NCBI GenBank assembly: GCA_964057225.1
Contig: OZ059898.1
Location: 10,602,001 to 10,666,000, forward strand
DNA: 64,000 bases
Source of the DNA: Auanema rhodensis
Taxonomy: Eukaryota; Animalia; Nematoda
Reading direction: 5' to 3'
Shown: piece after piece, positions 26,249 to 37,600 of the stretch
How the letters are laid out: every line of letters starts with the position of its first letter
Position numbering within the stretch: the stretch's first letter is position 1
Notes under the pieces: model-generated
Seen by the model: only the letters and a program-made list of their open reading frames with translations
Database searches by the model: none
Told to the model about the DNA's origin: nothing
Made by a program: the position numbers and the translations under genes

Positions 26249-26319
26249 TGCATCGGCCGGGAATCGAACCCGGGTCGCCCGCGTGGCAGGCGAGCATTCT
26301 ACCACTGAACCACCGATGC
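26249..26319 (-). tRNA. tRNA-Gly(GCC)
   Basis: Reverse complement of the 71-nt tRNA-Gly. Confidence 0.97.
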
Positions 26320-26602
26320 TTCGAAAATGTTAGATTGTTTCCGAAAAATTATGAAAAAGTCAAGTTCTACTGATTTGAAGACAATTGTAAGTTTTAGAGA
26401 ACAATCAAAGTTTAGTTTTCTCTACTATTAACTGATTGTCGGCTAAAATATGGTAACAGTTTATGTTAAAAGTCTCCATGATTAAGATTAAACAAAGAAA
26501 AAAAATCAAAGAGAAACACTTCTTGTTTACTTATTTGATTATAATACTTGAAATTCCAAAAACAGTAAAGTAAAACTGTTAAAGCGAGTAAAACTGTTGA
26601 AC

Positions 26603-27031
26603 TACGTCTGAAACGCGGCCTTGCTTAAGAAAACTAGTAATTTTTTTTGCTTTTTCCAGTCTATTTTTTTTCTGTGTATCCGTCAGTTGCTGTCCTCTTC
26701 CGAGATGATAACTCCGCATCTTGAGTTCCTTTTTGACGATGAAACGGACTCGTTCCGTTGAAATACCAAGATCTTTGGCCATTTTTCTCATACTAACCGT
26801 TGAGTCGCGTTGTATCCTACGATTAATGATATTTCTCGTACGTGGAACGTTGACCGAACGGATTCTTCCTGTCTTTGGCTTCTCCTCAATGCTACCTGTA
26901 TCCCTATAAAGTTTTGAAATCTTACGACACGTTGATGATGGAATGTTGAGCCTTCTTGATATCTCTGCAGCAGAGAGACCTTCATCAACTAGACGAGCAA
27001 TAGCACTACGGTGTGGAGAAATTCTTGGCAT
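26603..27031 (-). pseudogene. Tc1/mariner transposase N-terminal paired-HTH region, catalytic domain missing
   Basis: GLSAAEISRRLNIPSSTC...TGRIRS...SMRKMAKDLGIS...VKKELKMRSY...LTDTQKKNRLEKAK; breaks before the expected first catalytic Asp. Confidence 0.85.
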
Positions 27032-27184
27032 TTTTCAAAGCGATTGAATTGAAACGACTGTTATGTCTAATTATGTTAATGACCTTCATAGCTAACACTC
27101 CCCAGGAGTTCATAATTTTTGACACTATTTATGTCACTCAATCAAGCGATTGTAAAAAACGACACATACTTCTCACCCACTCTG
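26603..27184 (-). mobile_element. 5' part of a Tc1/mariner superfamily transposon (maT/DD37D-like), truncated by the satellite
   Basis: TA followed by CAGAGTGGGTGAGAAG... terminus at 27184, then the transposase N-terminus. Confidence 0.85.
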
Positions 27185-27189
27185 TATAT

Positions 27190-28898
27190 ATTCATCTAGA
27201 TACGCTTATCTTAGATCTTATCATAGCGAACTACTCTGATTGTGGGCAGGTGCGGTGGAACTCAAAAGAGAGTCAAGCCCGTTCTGAGCACAGTGTAGTA
27301 ACTGCATTTTATTCGTACGACTAATGTCTGTAAAATAAAAATGCAGGAAAATGTATGTGTACCAATAGGTCATTAACAAGAAATTGACAAAATATGATAA
27401 ACAAATTATATAAATAATCAATGAGCTTATGGAAAAAAAAGAAAGAAAAACAAGCTAATTGTTCCACAAAGACAAAATAAGAAAAAACTAAACAGGGAAC
27501 ATAAATGTGTTCAAGGCTTTCCGAAAAGCAGACAAATCATTGATACCAATTAGAATAGGATTGAGTGCATTCCAGATTTTGATTTGCCGGTTCTCAAAGC
27601 TTGAAAGGGCAGCTACAGTTTTGTAATCCGGCGGCATCAGTATAAACTCATGTTGACGAAGAATATAGTTATGATCTTTCGATCTAAGCACGGACTCATT
27701 AAGAATAGAGCCATTCTTTATAATTTTGAAATATTGGCATAAATCAGCTATAGTGTGTCTCGTTTCTAAACGCCTGCCTTGAAGGTGTTTGAGTTTATTA
27801 TCATATCCGTGGATATCCATGGACGATCGAAAAAAAATAGCATTAACATACCGTTTCTGAACATTTTCAACAAGTTGAATATCTTTTAGCAAAAACGGTG
27901 ACCAGACTTCGGAAGCATATTCAAGAATAGGCCTAACGTAACAGGTGAACAATCTGAATAAGAGTTTGGGACAGGAAGAATTAAAACAAGAATAAGCTTA
28001 CAGCGTTTTGACGCCATGGAAGTGATGGAGTGAATATGGGGGCGGAAAGATAAGTTTTTATCTATGATAACACCGAGGTCTTTGAAATTATCAACAATTT
28101 CAAGAGGAACATCATATAGTAAAAACTGGCAATGAGAGTTATCATTACCGAGAATCATAATCTTCGATTTCTTGACATTAACTACCATGTCATTGAAATT
28201 GCACCATAGAGAAAGAATGTGGAGAGAGCATTGTAAACTTTGATTTGATGAGGCAAAAAGTTTAATGTCATCAGCATAGGCAACAGCCTCAGTGTCACGA
28301 TGAAAAGAGGAAATGAGATCGTTGATATATAACAAAAAAAGTAGTGGTCCAAGAATTGTACCTTGAGGGACACCACACTCAATAACTTTGGGTTCAGACA
28401 AGGCATCTTCAAGAACAACTTCAAAAGAACGGTTGGAAAGAAAGTCTTCAAGAAAAAGAACAAGAGATCCTGATATTCCGAAGCTGTTCAATTTGCTGAT
28501 CAGAATTCGATGATTAATTTTATCAAAAGCTTTGGAAAAATCAATAAAAGCTACAGAAACATCCTTACGATATTCTTTAGCGATTCTCCACTGCGAGTGA
28601 GCTTTGAGAAGCGCAGTGCTAGTGCTACGCCCAGGTAAAAAGCCATGTTGAGATGGTGAAATTAGCTTATTATCAAGTAAATGCTTGAGAATGTCTTTTC
28701 TGATAATGCGCTCAAACACTTTGGAGAGACAAGATGTGAGAGAAATGGGTCTATAGTTCTTAGGGTCATTTGAACATCCTGATTTATAAATAGGTTTGAC
28801 CCATGCAGACTTCCAGCTTTTAGGACAGACCCCAAAGGATAAAAAACCATTAAAAAAAATGTCAAAGGACGTACTATAGAAATCGCACACTTATTAAT
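27190..28898 (-). mobile_element. 5'-truncated non-LTR retrotransposon (CR1/L2-like LINE) with 3' UTR
   Basis: RT ORF plus ~300-bp 3' UTR; 5' end fused to Maverick integrase. Confidence 0.9.
27488..28898 (-). pseudogene. LINE reverse transcriptase (frameshifted)
   Basis: NYRPISL, QHGF, DFSKAFD, GVPQGTILGPLLF, YADD, KDLGV, YVRPILEYASEVWSP. Confidence 0.93.
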
Positions 28899-29430
28899 GG
28901 TGGAGCGAGCAAATAGAACTTTAAAAACACGCATGATGAAATATCTCTATTACAAGAATAATCATCGTTGGATTGATATCCTAGATGATTTGGTTGAAGG
29001 AATAAACAAATCTTATAACCGCTCCATGAAAATGCGGCCCATTGATGTTAAAGCAAATATATTCATTGAAGCATATGCACCAGCTGTTAAAAGCCGCTTT
29101 AAAATTGGTGATACTGTTCGCATAAGCAAAAATAGGCGTACTTTTGAAAAAAGCTACGAGTCTGGATATACAATGGAGCTGTTCACAATTGATGAGGTTG
29201 TAACCGGAAACCCAACCGTGTATAAACTTGTAGATTATAATGGTGAACGTATAAAGGGAATATTCTACGAACCTGAACTTGTCTTGGCTACTAATAAAAG
29301 CAACCAGTACTATATAGAAAAAGTTTTAAAAGAGCGTACTCAAAGCGGTAAACGTCAAGTATTTGTAAAATGGAGTGGATATCCCGACAACTTTAATGAA
29401 TGGATAGATGCAGAAAATTTAAATGTATAA
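28897..29430 (+). pseudogene. Maverick integrase 3' half (catalytic E and chromodomain)
   Basis: MVERANRTLK...VKWSGYPDNFNEWI; 5' part replaced by the LINE. Confidence 0.9.
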
Positions 29431-31134
29431 TTTTTCAATGTTATAAACAATTGTAATTATAATAAATGATTTATTTGATATATCGCATAATGTAACAATA
29501 AAAAACCAGCAAAATACAAACAACAATTCAACCTGCAAAAAAAAAATGTAGACTATTCAAATTTTCAAATTCTTACCAGTTGGTTGATCATTCGTCCTCA
29601 ATTGATGAGCCATTGATGGATATTCGCAAGAGCTGGAAAAAAAAAATGTTACGGCTGAGAATATAAAAATGCCACATAACAAAACAAGAATAAAACGCCA
29701 ATTGTACTATTTGTGCTTGTTGTAGTCAAAATGAAGGATCAAAGCGGATAAACATGTTCAGGTTGAGTGCTTCAGGACTTAGTTTAAAGTAGAATACATT
29801 CTGCTTATAACCAAAAGTCTTTACAGTAGCCTCATCTGCATATATAACAATATAGCCCATATTGTTCAACAATTGCTTGCACGTCATGGTGTTATAAGAG
29901 CGCATCTAAAAAAATTATAAAATTGAAAATAAATAAATATGCAAGCTTACATTAATAGAAAAGTTTTCGGGCTTATAGTGACGAAACTCCTTCAAAAGAC
30001 CCAATGCATCATTCCTTCCCCTACACTTTATACAGAGGCTGAAACAGTGATACTCGTCTATAACCTGCAATGATTCCCTACAAGTTTTGCAGAGACAAAT
30101 TGGTCTCATTAATACACTCCTTGGTGGAGTGCTCTCTCTCAGAATCTCCATCTGCTTTATTGGTGAATCTAAATTAAAGATTTAAAAAATACAAGTTAAG
30201 GTTCATACCAAAACTTGTAAAATTTGGAGCTGGTGTGGATGTTGAGTGCTTCTGGACTTAGTTTAAAGTAAAGTGTAGTGTGTCACATCAGCAAGTACAG
30301 CACGCTTCATTTCCGCTAAAGATCCAACTTTCTAAAATATAAGGCAAACTTGCAGAGAGGAGCAGTCTATGGCGATTGGCAAAGAGTGGCAGGAGATGGT
30401 GAAACGTCGGATCCTCGGATAGTTGGCAGAGCTGAAATGTAAATGTAGCAAAATTGCCAACCTTTTATACAAAGATTTTTGTAAAGTACAACCCATTGTG
30501 TTACAATCAAGTTTGCTGATGAAATTCTCTTATTAATTAGATTTTACAGCATATTTATGCAGATATACTCATCTTATCGACAGTTGCCAGCAGTTGGCGC
30601 ACTCTGAACCTGTAAACAATCTGCATATTAATTAGTTTTTACATCTCTTTAAACATTATTGTTTACCGTTTGTGCCATAAACAACAGCCATCTCTGTAAA
30701 ACATTTACGCTTTTTAAACTTTAATTAATAGCTCATATTTTTTTCATAGTATACTTTTACACCCATATTGTAGCACAAAACATATGACTGCCAACGTTTT
30801 ATATGTGAAAAAAATTTCATTCTTTAATATTTAATAATGATTATATTACGAAACTAAAACTTTTGAAATGTTAAAATGATTATACTATATTCAAACCCCC
30901 ACAGTGCAGTTATTACTGTTTATTAACCATCGATATGCGTGGCGTTGAGGTCAGCGCAACTGTTTCTTAATCTTATTGTATTTACCTTCAATGTGTGCTC
31001 TATTTAGTTATTGTATTGTTATATTAGTAAAATAAAGTTTAAAACTATTCTTTTATTATAATTTGAAACCTTTACTTGTTAGAATAAATATAATTAATAA
31101 CAATTTGTAATTTCAAAAATTAATAATTTAATGT

Positions 31135-31290
31135 CGTTCTTATCGAATTAACCTTCGATATGTGTTCCATTAAATTTTGGTATTTCATATCGTTCTTATC
31201 GAATTAACCTTCGATATGTGTTCCATTGAATTTTGGTATTTCATATCGTTCTTATCGAATTAACTTTCGATATGTGTTCCATTGAATTAC
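31135..31290. repeat. 56-bp tandem subterminal repeats of the Maverick TIR
   Basis: cgttcttatcgaattaaccttcgatatgtgttccatt...tttcatat x~3; also near 33215-33400, 45140-45325, 46530-46680 and 47410-47562. Confidence 0.88.
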
Positions 31291-31994
31291 CCATAACAAG
31301 TACGGTGAACAAAATTATCTACATGCAAAAATTTTATTGATCTTTAAAAATAAAAATAAAATAGTACAAACACAATACAATAAAAAATAAACAAAATAAG
31401 TAAACAAACATTATTAATAAATATAATAAATGAACAAAGTAATAAAATTTTAAAACAAATTAATATATTTAAAATTTAAATATAATTTATATATATAAAG
31501 GTTAAATATAATTTAAATATTTAAAATTTAAATATAATTTATAAATATAAAATTTAAATATAATTTAAATATTTAAAATTTAGATTTTTTTTTTCACTTA
31601 ATATATATAAAAATTAATTTAAAATATATAATTATATATATACATTTAAAAAAGCATATTTAAATTTGATTTTAAAAAAAAATTTAAATCATGCTTTAAA
31701 TCATGATTTTTAAATTTAAAAAAGGAGAATCCATGAACCATGATCCCAAAATATGATTTTAACAGCTGACGCTCAAAAATATGTTTTTGACAGCTGACGC
31801 GCCCCAAAAGTATGTTTTTAGCAGCTGACGCCCCCAAAAGTATGTTTTTGACAGCTGTTTGGGGGCATGGTTAGTAAATTTTGCACGGCTCTCTACTAAC
31901 AACAAATTTTTTGAAAGTTAAATAATAATTATAAACTATAATAAACACAATCTATAAACAATGTAAACAAATAAAATTAAAAAATAAATATATA

Positions 31995-32578
31995 AAATAT
32001 ATCTTATCGAATTAACCTTCGATATGAGTTCCATTGATTAACCCATAAGAGGTACGGTGAACATATTTATTAGCTTTTATATATATTCAAATTTTATAAA
32101 TTAAAACAAAAACAATATATATTAAAAAGTTTATTCAAATGTATAAATATTGAAAATACATTTAAAAAGAAATAGTTTTAATAATATTTAAAAATATATG
32201 AAATACATTTAAAAAGAAATAATTAAATAATAATATTTAAAACATATATAAATATTAAAAAGAAATTTAAAAAGAAATAATTTTAAAAATATTTACAAAT
32301 ACAATTAACAAATATATAAATAATAAAAATTCATTTAAAATAATACATTAAAAAATAATTTTAAAAAAGATTTTAAAAAAAATCATGCATTTTGATCCAT
32401 GCGCAGGCTCGAGAGCCTGCCTCGGGAGGAAAAGTATATTTTTCACAGCTGACGCCGAAAATATGATTTTGACAGCTGACGCCCCCAAAAGTATGTTTTT
32501 AGCAGCTGACGCCCTCAAAAGTATGTTTTTAGCAACTGTTTGGGGGCTTGGTTAGTGAATTCGGCATGGCTCTCTACT
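31995..32578 (-). mobile_element. Divergent Maverick TIR end (second subfamily), terminus at 32578
   Basis: CAGCTG 30-bp repeats and ...gaattcggcatggctctctact; several differences from the other termini. Confidence 0.8.
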
Positions 32579-33200
32579 GACATCTGTCCTACAATATTCC
32601 AAAAGCTCTTCATCAAAATCAAACGCTCTTTGATTACGCTCTTCATACCAAATATTGAATGAAGCTAGGTCTTCTGCTTTCATTCTAGCAGTACAATAGT
32701 ACTGTTTTGGTGGTAAAGATGGCAACACTTTGCCATAATTTATTGGATGATTATAGAGGTAAGGAAACTGTGCTTTACTCATATCAGGTACACCAAATGC
32801 CTTGGGTAACGCTGATAGGGGTAAAAGCACTAATAAATAACTATCTTTAAAATATAAATGATTAAATTTTTGACAAAAAAACTAATTGTTATAATTTTTA
32901 ATATCGCTTACTCATCACTGTCATCCAAGGTTATTACTTCAATAACCCTTGATGATGAGGGCCCACTGTTAAAAGTGGGTGCTGTGGGCTCACAGAGCTC
33001 GATCCCACCAGCCTCGGTAAACTTTATACGTTTACTAAAAAAAAAATATGTATAAATAAATTCAAAATATTGTTAAATTACCTAAGTTGATTGATTTCTT
33101 CATAGTCAAATCCTAGCTCTTCACATAAACGCTTATAACTAAAAAAAGAAAAAGTTTACAAACAAATAATCAAAAAGACACAACATATTAGCAGCCATTG
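32579..33200 (-). pseudogene. Internally deleted pPolB fragment (5' exons joined to an exonuclease-region piece)
   Basis: 32579-32874 matches 61195-61490; 32875-33050 matches 63813-63990. Confidence 0.85.
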
Positions 33201-33614
33201 TACCTTGATATAATGATATGTGTTCCATTAAATTTTGGTATTTCATATCGTTCTTATCGAATTAACCTTCGATATGTGTTCCATTAAATTTTGGTATTTC
33301 ATATCGTTCTTATCGAATTAACCTTCGATATGTGTTCCATTGAATTTTGGTATTTCATATCGTTCTTATCGAATTAACTTTCGATATGTGTTCCATTGAA
33401 TTACCCATAACAAGTACGGTGAACAAAACGATATACATGCAAAAATTTTATTGTTCTTTAAAATAAAAACAATACAAACACAACACAATAAAAAATAAAC
33501 AAAATAAGTAAACAAACATTATTAATAAATATAATAAATAAATAAAATTTAAAAACAAATTTATAAAAAAGGAAAATCCATGAACCATGATCCCAAAATA
33601 CGATTTTAACAGCT

Positions 33615-33995
33615 CGTTACATATGGTTTCTTCCCGTCTTTTCATGGTCGGAAGATATATGTACTTCTACCTTGTTCCTTAGGTAGGCAGACCCGAACGA
33701 CCCGATTTCCTTATTAAGACAAATACTTAAAGCGAAAAGGATTCATTATCAGATAACAAGAAAATACAATATAAGAATTACATTAAGAAAGAATATAAAG
33801 AGATATAACAAAGTATTAAATAGAGTATATATATAGATGATATAGAGATGAGACTCACATGGCTATAAGACAACCTATCTGGGTTAGGCCAGAAGCAAGA
33901 GTGCCATGTGTGTCCCATGTTGTAGGCGGGGCTTGTTCAGGCTCCCGCTATTTGAATAGCGCGCACATGTTTACCATGTGCTTGCAGATGTGACA
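33615..33995 (-). repeat. 3' LTR (381 bp)
   Basis: Appears identical to 43358-43738; TGTCACA...GTAACG. Confidence 0.97.
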
Positions 33996-34007
33996 TCCCC
34001 CCACCTT
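33996..34007 (-). promoter_or_regulatory. Polypurine tract
   Basis: AAGGTGGGGGGA immediately upstream of the 3' LTR, preceded by the hairpin ttgaacg-agga-cgttcaa (34014-34031). Confidence 0.9.
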
Positions 34008-34607
34008 AAAAAGTTGAACGTCCTCGTTCAAAAACAAAATAAATTAATTCACTTTTTAAGATAGTTGAATGTTGGAAAAAGATAACAAAAAAAATCATGG
34101 TGTAGTCGATAAAAAATAATGTATACAATACGATTTGAAAGTTTAGCTATTGTCTCTTCAAGTTTGTTGAATTCAAAATGTAGTATCGAATAGATTCTAT
34201 TCCATTCACTTGAGTAGTGAAATGCTTGTAAACGAGAGCTTTGCTTCTAAACCATTCGACTGTGATATAGTCGTTCATTTTCTCGAGTTGTACAGGTACG
34301 GTGTTACCCTGAAAATAGGTCGAGCCCGTTCTGTACAAAAAAATGAAAACTCGTTTAACCCGTATGACTAATGTCCATAAGGTGAATACAAGTAATGATT
34401 AAGCATAAAAAATAGCAAAATTCACAAGAGAATGTTGAAAAAAATCTACTCAATGAGAGTTGGAGTAATAAAACAAACTTTTGTAAAACAATAGCAGACT
34501 TCTCAGAGAAAATCAATCAACAACAAAGAAGTGGTACAATCAGAAATGGCACAAAATAAAATAAAAAAAATTTCAACAATTTGATTTTGTTAAAAAAAAA
34601 ACTACCT

Positions 34608-37600
34608 TCAAGAAATTGTGATAACCGGAATAGATGTTGTCCGTTGGTAAGGTTTGACGAAGTCCTTGTGTACTCTTCTGCTTTTTCCTTTATCTGTTTG
34701 AACCACGACGAAAGATCTTTGAACTGCTGTAACTAAATAAGGCCCTTCGAATGAAGGTGTTAGTTTGTTTCGAGTAGAATTCACTTTTATCATAACTAAG
34801 TCATTAACCTGAATTTCTTTATTTTGTGTTCTATTTCGTGTATTGTACCGTTGTTCATTCTTCTTTGTGCATGTTTCAATTCTATCTTTTACTATATTAG
34901 ATGTGCTTTCATTTTGTATTAGCGATCTATTGACAAAATCTTCTGTAGGATTGGCTGATTCTTCAGTTTGAAGATTATTTCCAGGCAATTGATGGTCAAT
35001 AGGAAGTCTTGCATCCCGACCAAATAATACAACATATGGACTAATAGATGTTGATGAGTTTGGTAACGTATTGATCGCAAACATAACTTTAGGTAGGTGT
35101 ATATCCCAGTTAGTTTGTTGTTCATTCACGAATGAAGAGAGAGCTTCTTCTAAAGTTCTATGAAGTCTCTCCACTTGTCCATTAGCATTTTTATGATATG
35201 GTAGCGTAGTAGTGTGTTCAATTCCAAATTGTTTACACATAGCTTGAAATTCAGATGACAAAAAGCTACTACCATTATCGGTTATCATACTCATTGGTGG
35301 TCCATATATGAAAACAAATCTAATTACAAACGCTTTTGTGATTTCAGTAGCCGTTTGTGTTATTAATGGGCAAGTTGTTCCCCATTTACTAAAAGCGTCT
35401 TGAATACTCAAGATGTATCGATGTCCATCATTAGTGCGAGGTAAAGGACCTAGTATATCTACATGAATACGATCAAATGGCTTTTCGGGTATAACAAATC
35501 TTCCCATAGGTTGAATATACGATTGGTGTGGGTTAGATTTCCTACTTGCACATTTTGTACAACGATTAATAAATTCAGTTATTTGTGGAACCATATTAGT
35601 CCAAAAGAATCGTCGTCGAATCGCATCAGTAGTTTTATTTATACCTAGGTGTGCACCAATTTTGGAATCTTCATGAAAAAACTTGATAACAACATCAGTT
35701 ATTTTGTCGTTACGAGGCAAAATAATAGATGGTTTCAAATAATTTTTCGCTTGTTTTGCATGTAATATGCCTTCTCGTTCTTCATACCGGTCTGATATAT
35801 TAGCCGGACAGTTATCATTATTAATTTGAGAAAGTGCTTCGCGAATCCAGGGAACTCCAGCTTGAACTTTCCGTATTTCTTCACAATTTAGTTGGTCAAT
35901 AGAAGAAATAGTTGTGATATGAGCAATAAAAGCATCAACAGGTTTTACTTTGTCCTTTGGTTTAGTAGGACGACTGTCATTTGCTTCGTTTCCTATATAC
36001 CTGGAGAGAGCATCACAGACACTGTTTAATTTGCCAGGACGATATTCAATCTTTATGTTGAAATCTTGTATCATTAGTTGATACTTGGCTAATCTACCTA
36101 TGAGATCTTTACGCGACATTAAACTGGTTAATGGTAGGTGATCTGTGATAACTGTGGTAGGTACTCCTAATACATAGGTACGGAATTGTTGAAGAGCAAA
36201 GACTAAACCGAGTGCTTCAACTTCAATAGGAGGATATTTCCGTTCCGCTGGAGTCAACTTTCTACTAGCGAACGCAATCGGGTGTAATGGAGAATTTTTC
36301 TCTGCTGATTGCAATAAAACTGCTCCCACAGCGATCATACTGCCATCACTTTCTATAACAAAAGGTTGGTCTGCTTTAGGAGGTTTCAGTACAGGGGCAG
36401 TACACAGTGATGTTTTTAAAGTTTTAAATGCGTCTGCATGTTCCGATTTCCACTCAAAAGGAGTATCTTTATGTGTTAACTTATACAATGGCTCAGCTAT
36501 TCCGGCATAATTTTGAATAAACCGTCGAAAATAGTTAGTCATACCTAGAAAGGATCTGACAGCCGTAACTGTACTTGGATTTGGAAATTCGGAAACAGCC
36601 TGTATCTTAGCAGGATCTGGTTTAACACCATTTCTACCTATTACAAAACCCAAAAACTTTACTTCAGTGGCTGCAAAGCAACATTTAGATAACTTAATTT
36701 TTAACCCTAGTTCAGTGACCTTTTTCAGCACTTCTTGTATATCTCTTAAATGTTCATCAGCTGAGTTCGAAATTATTAGCAAATCATCTAGATATACAAA
36801 CAGTTTGCATCTAACAAGAGATTGCAAGTATCGTACTGCGGATTGAAAAGTGTGTGGCGCTCCACACAATCCCATAGGCATTCGGCAATACTGATAGGTA
36901 CCTGATGGAGTGGTAAAAGCAGTTAGGTGTCTATCTGAGCGTTTCAACGGTATTTGGAAGAAACCAGAAATGAGATCAAAATTCGAAAAGAACTGAGCTC
37001 CAGCCGCTAAGTCTATGATATCAGGAATGTGTGGGATGCTGTATGTTTGTTTCTTAGTAACACTATTCAATGCTCTAAAGTCAGTTACGAACCGGAAAGA
37101 ATTATCTTTCTTTTTCACAAGAACAACTGGACTAGTGAAAGTAGCCGTCGAATTTTCGATTATACCTTGCGACAACATTTCTTTCACTTGCCGTTCTACT
37201 TCTTCTTGCTTACCCAATGGTACTCTGTAAGATCTACTTTTTGGGAAATCCATATCGGATCTTATAGGAATGGCATGTTCTACTGGTCCGCAAAAGAGAC
37301 CAATATTATGATCATGGTTGAAAAATGCCGTTTGGTTTTCCTTAATGATTGTGATCAGATTTTTCTTCATTTTATGGGACAGAGTGCAAGAATTGAAGTT
37401 CAAATCATCCAAAAGATGCTGAGGAAAAGTTGGTAACTTATCTTCCCAATCAGCTTCAGGTGGAACATAATCGTTCATAATTTCTTTAGATGCTATAAGT
37501 CCTGAACCAATGTGGTCATTTTTATTAATTTTAATTGGCTTTGAAGAATTGTTTGATACTACCATAGTAATAGGAAAAGGTCCTATGGCGGCATCTGGAA

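Larger units (their letters stand above)
19906..26604 (-). repeat. Same ~154-bp satellite in inverted orientation (right arm), with tRNA-Gly cassettes
   Basis: Reverse complement of the left-arm monomer; 634-bp higher-order repeat at 20519, 21153, 21787 and 22420. Confidence 0.97.
28896..31897 (-). mobile_element. Maverick integrase-side end, inverted relative to the element at 46766; terminus at 31897
   Basis: Reverse complement of ~46766-49797; ends ...gcacggctctctact. Confidence 0.92.

Noticed and set aside
199-26297. Many 60-100 aa ORFs in the satellite (METFNKNC..., MQLHFYKK..., MKLHRPG...)
   Set aside because: Chance translations of satellite monomers and tRNA sequence; their frames vary with homopolymer length.
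31330-33645. Hydrophobic ORFs in AT-rich TIR blocks (also 45371-46611)
   Set aside because: Low-complexity F/I/L/Y translations of non-coding TIR DNA.
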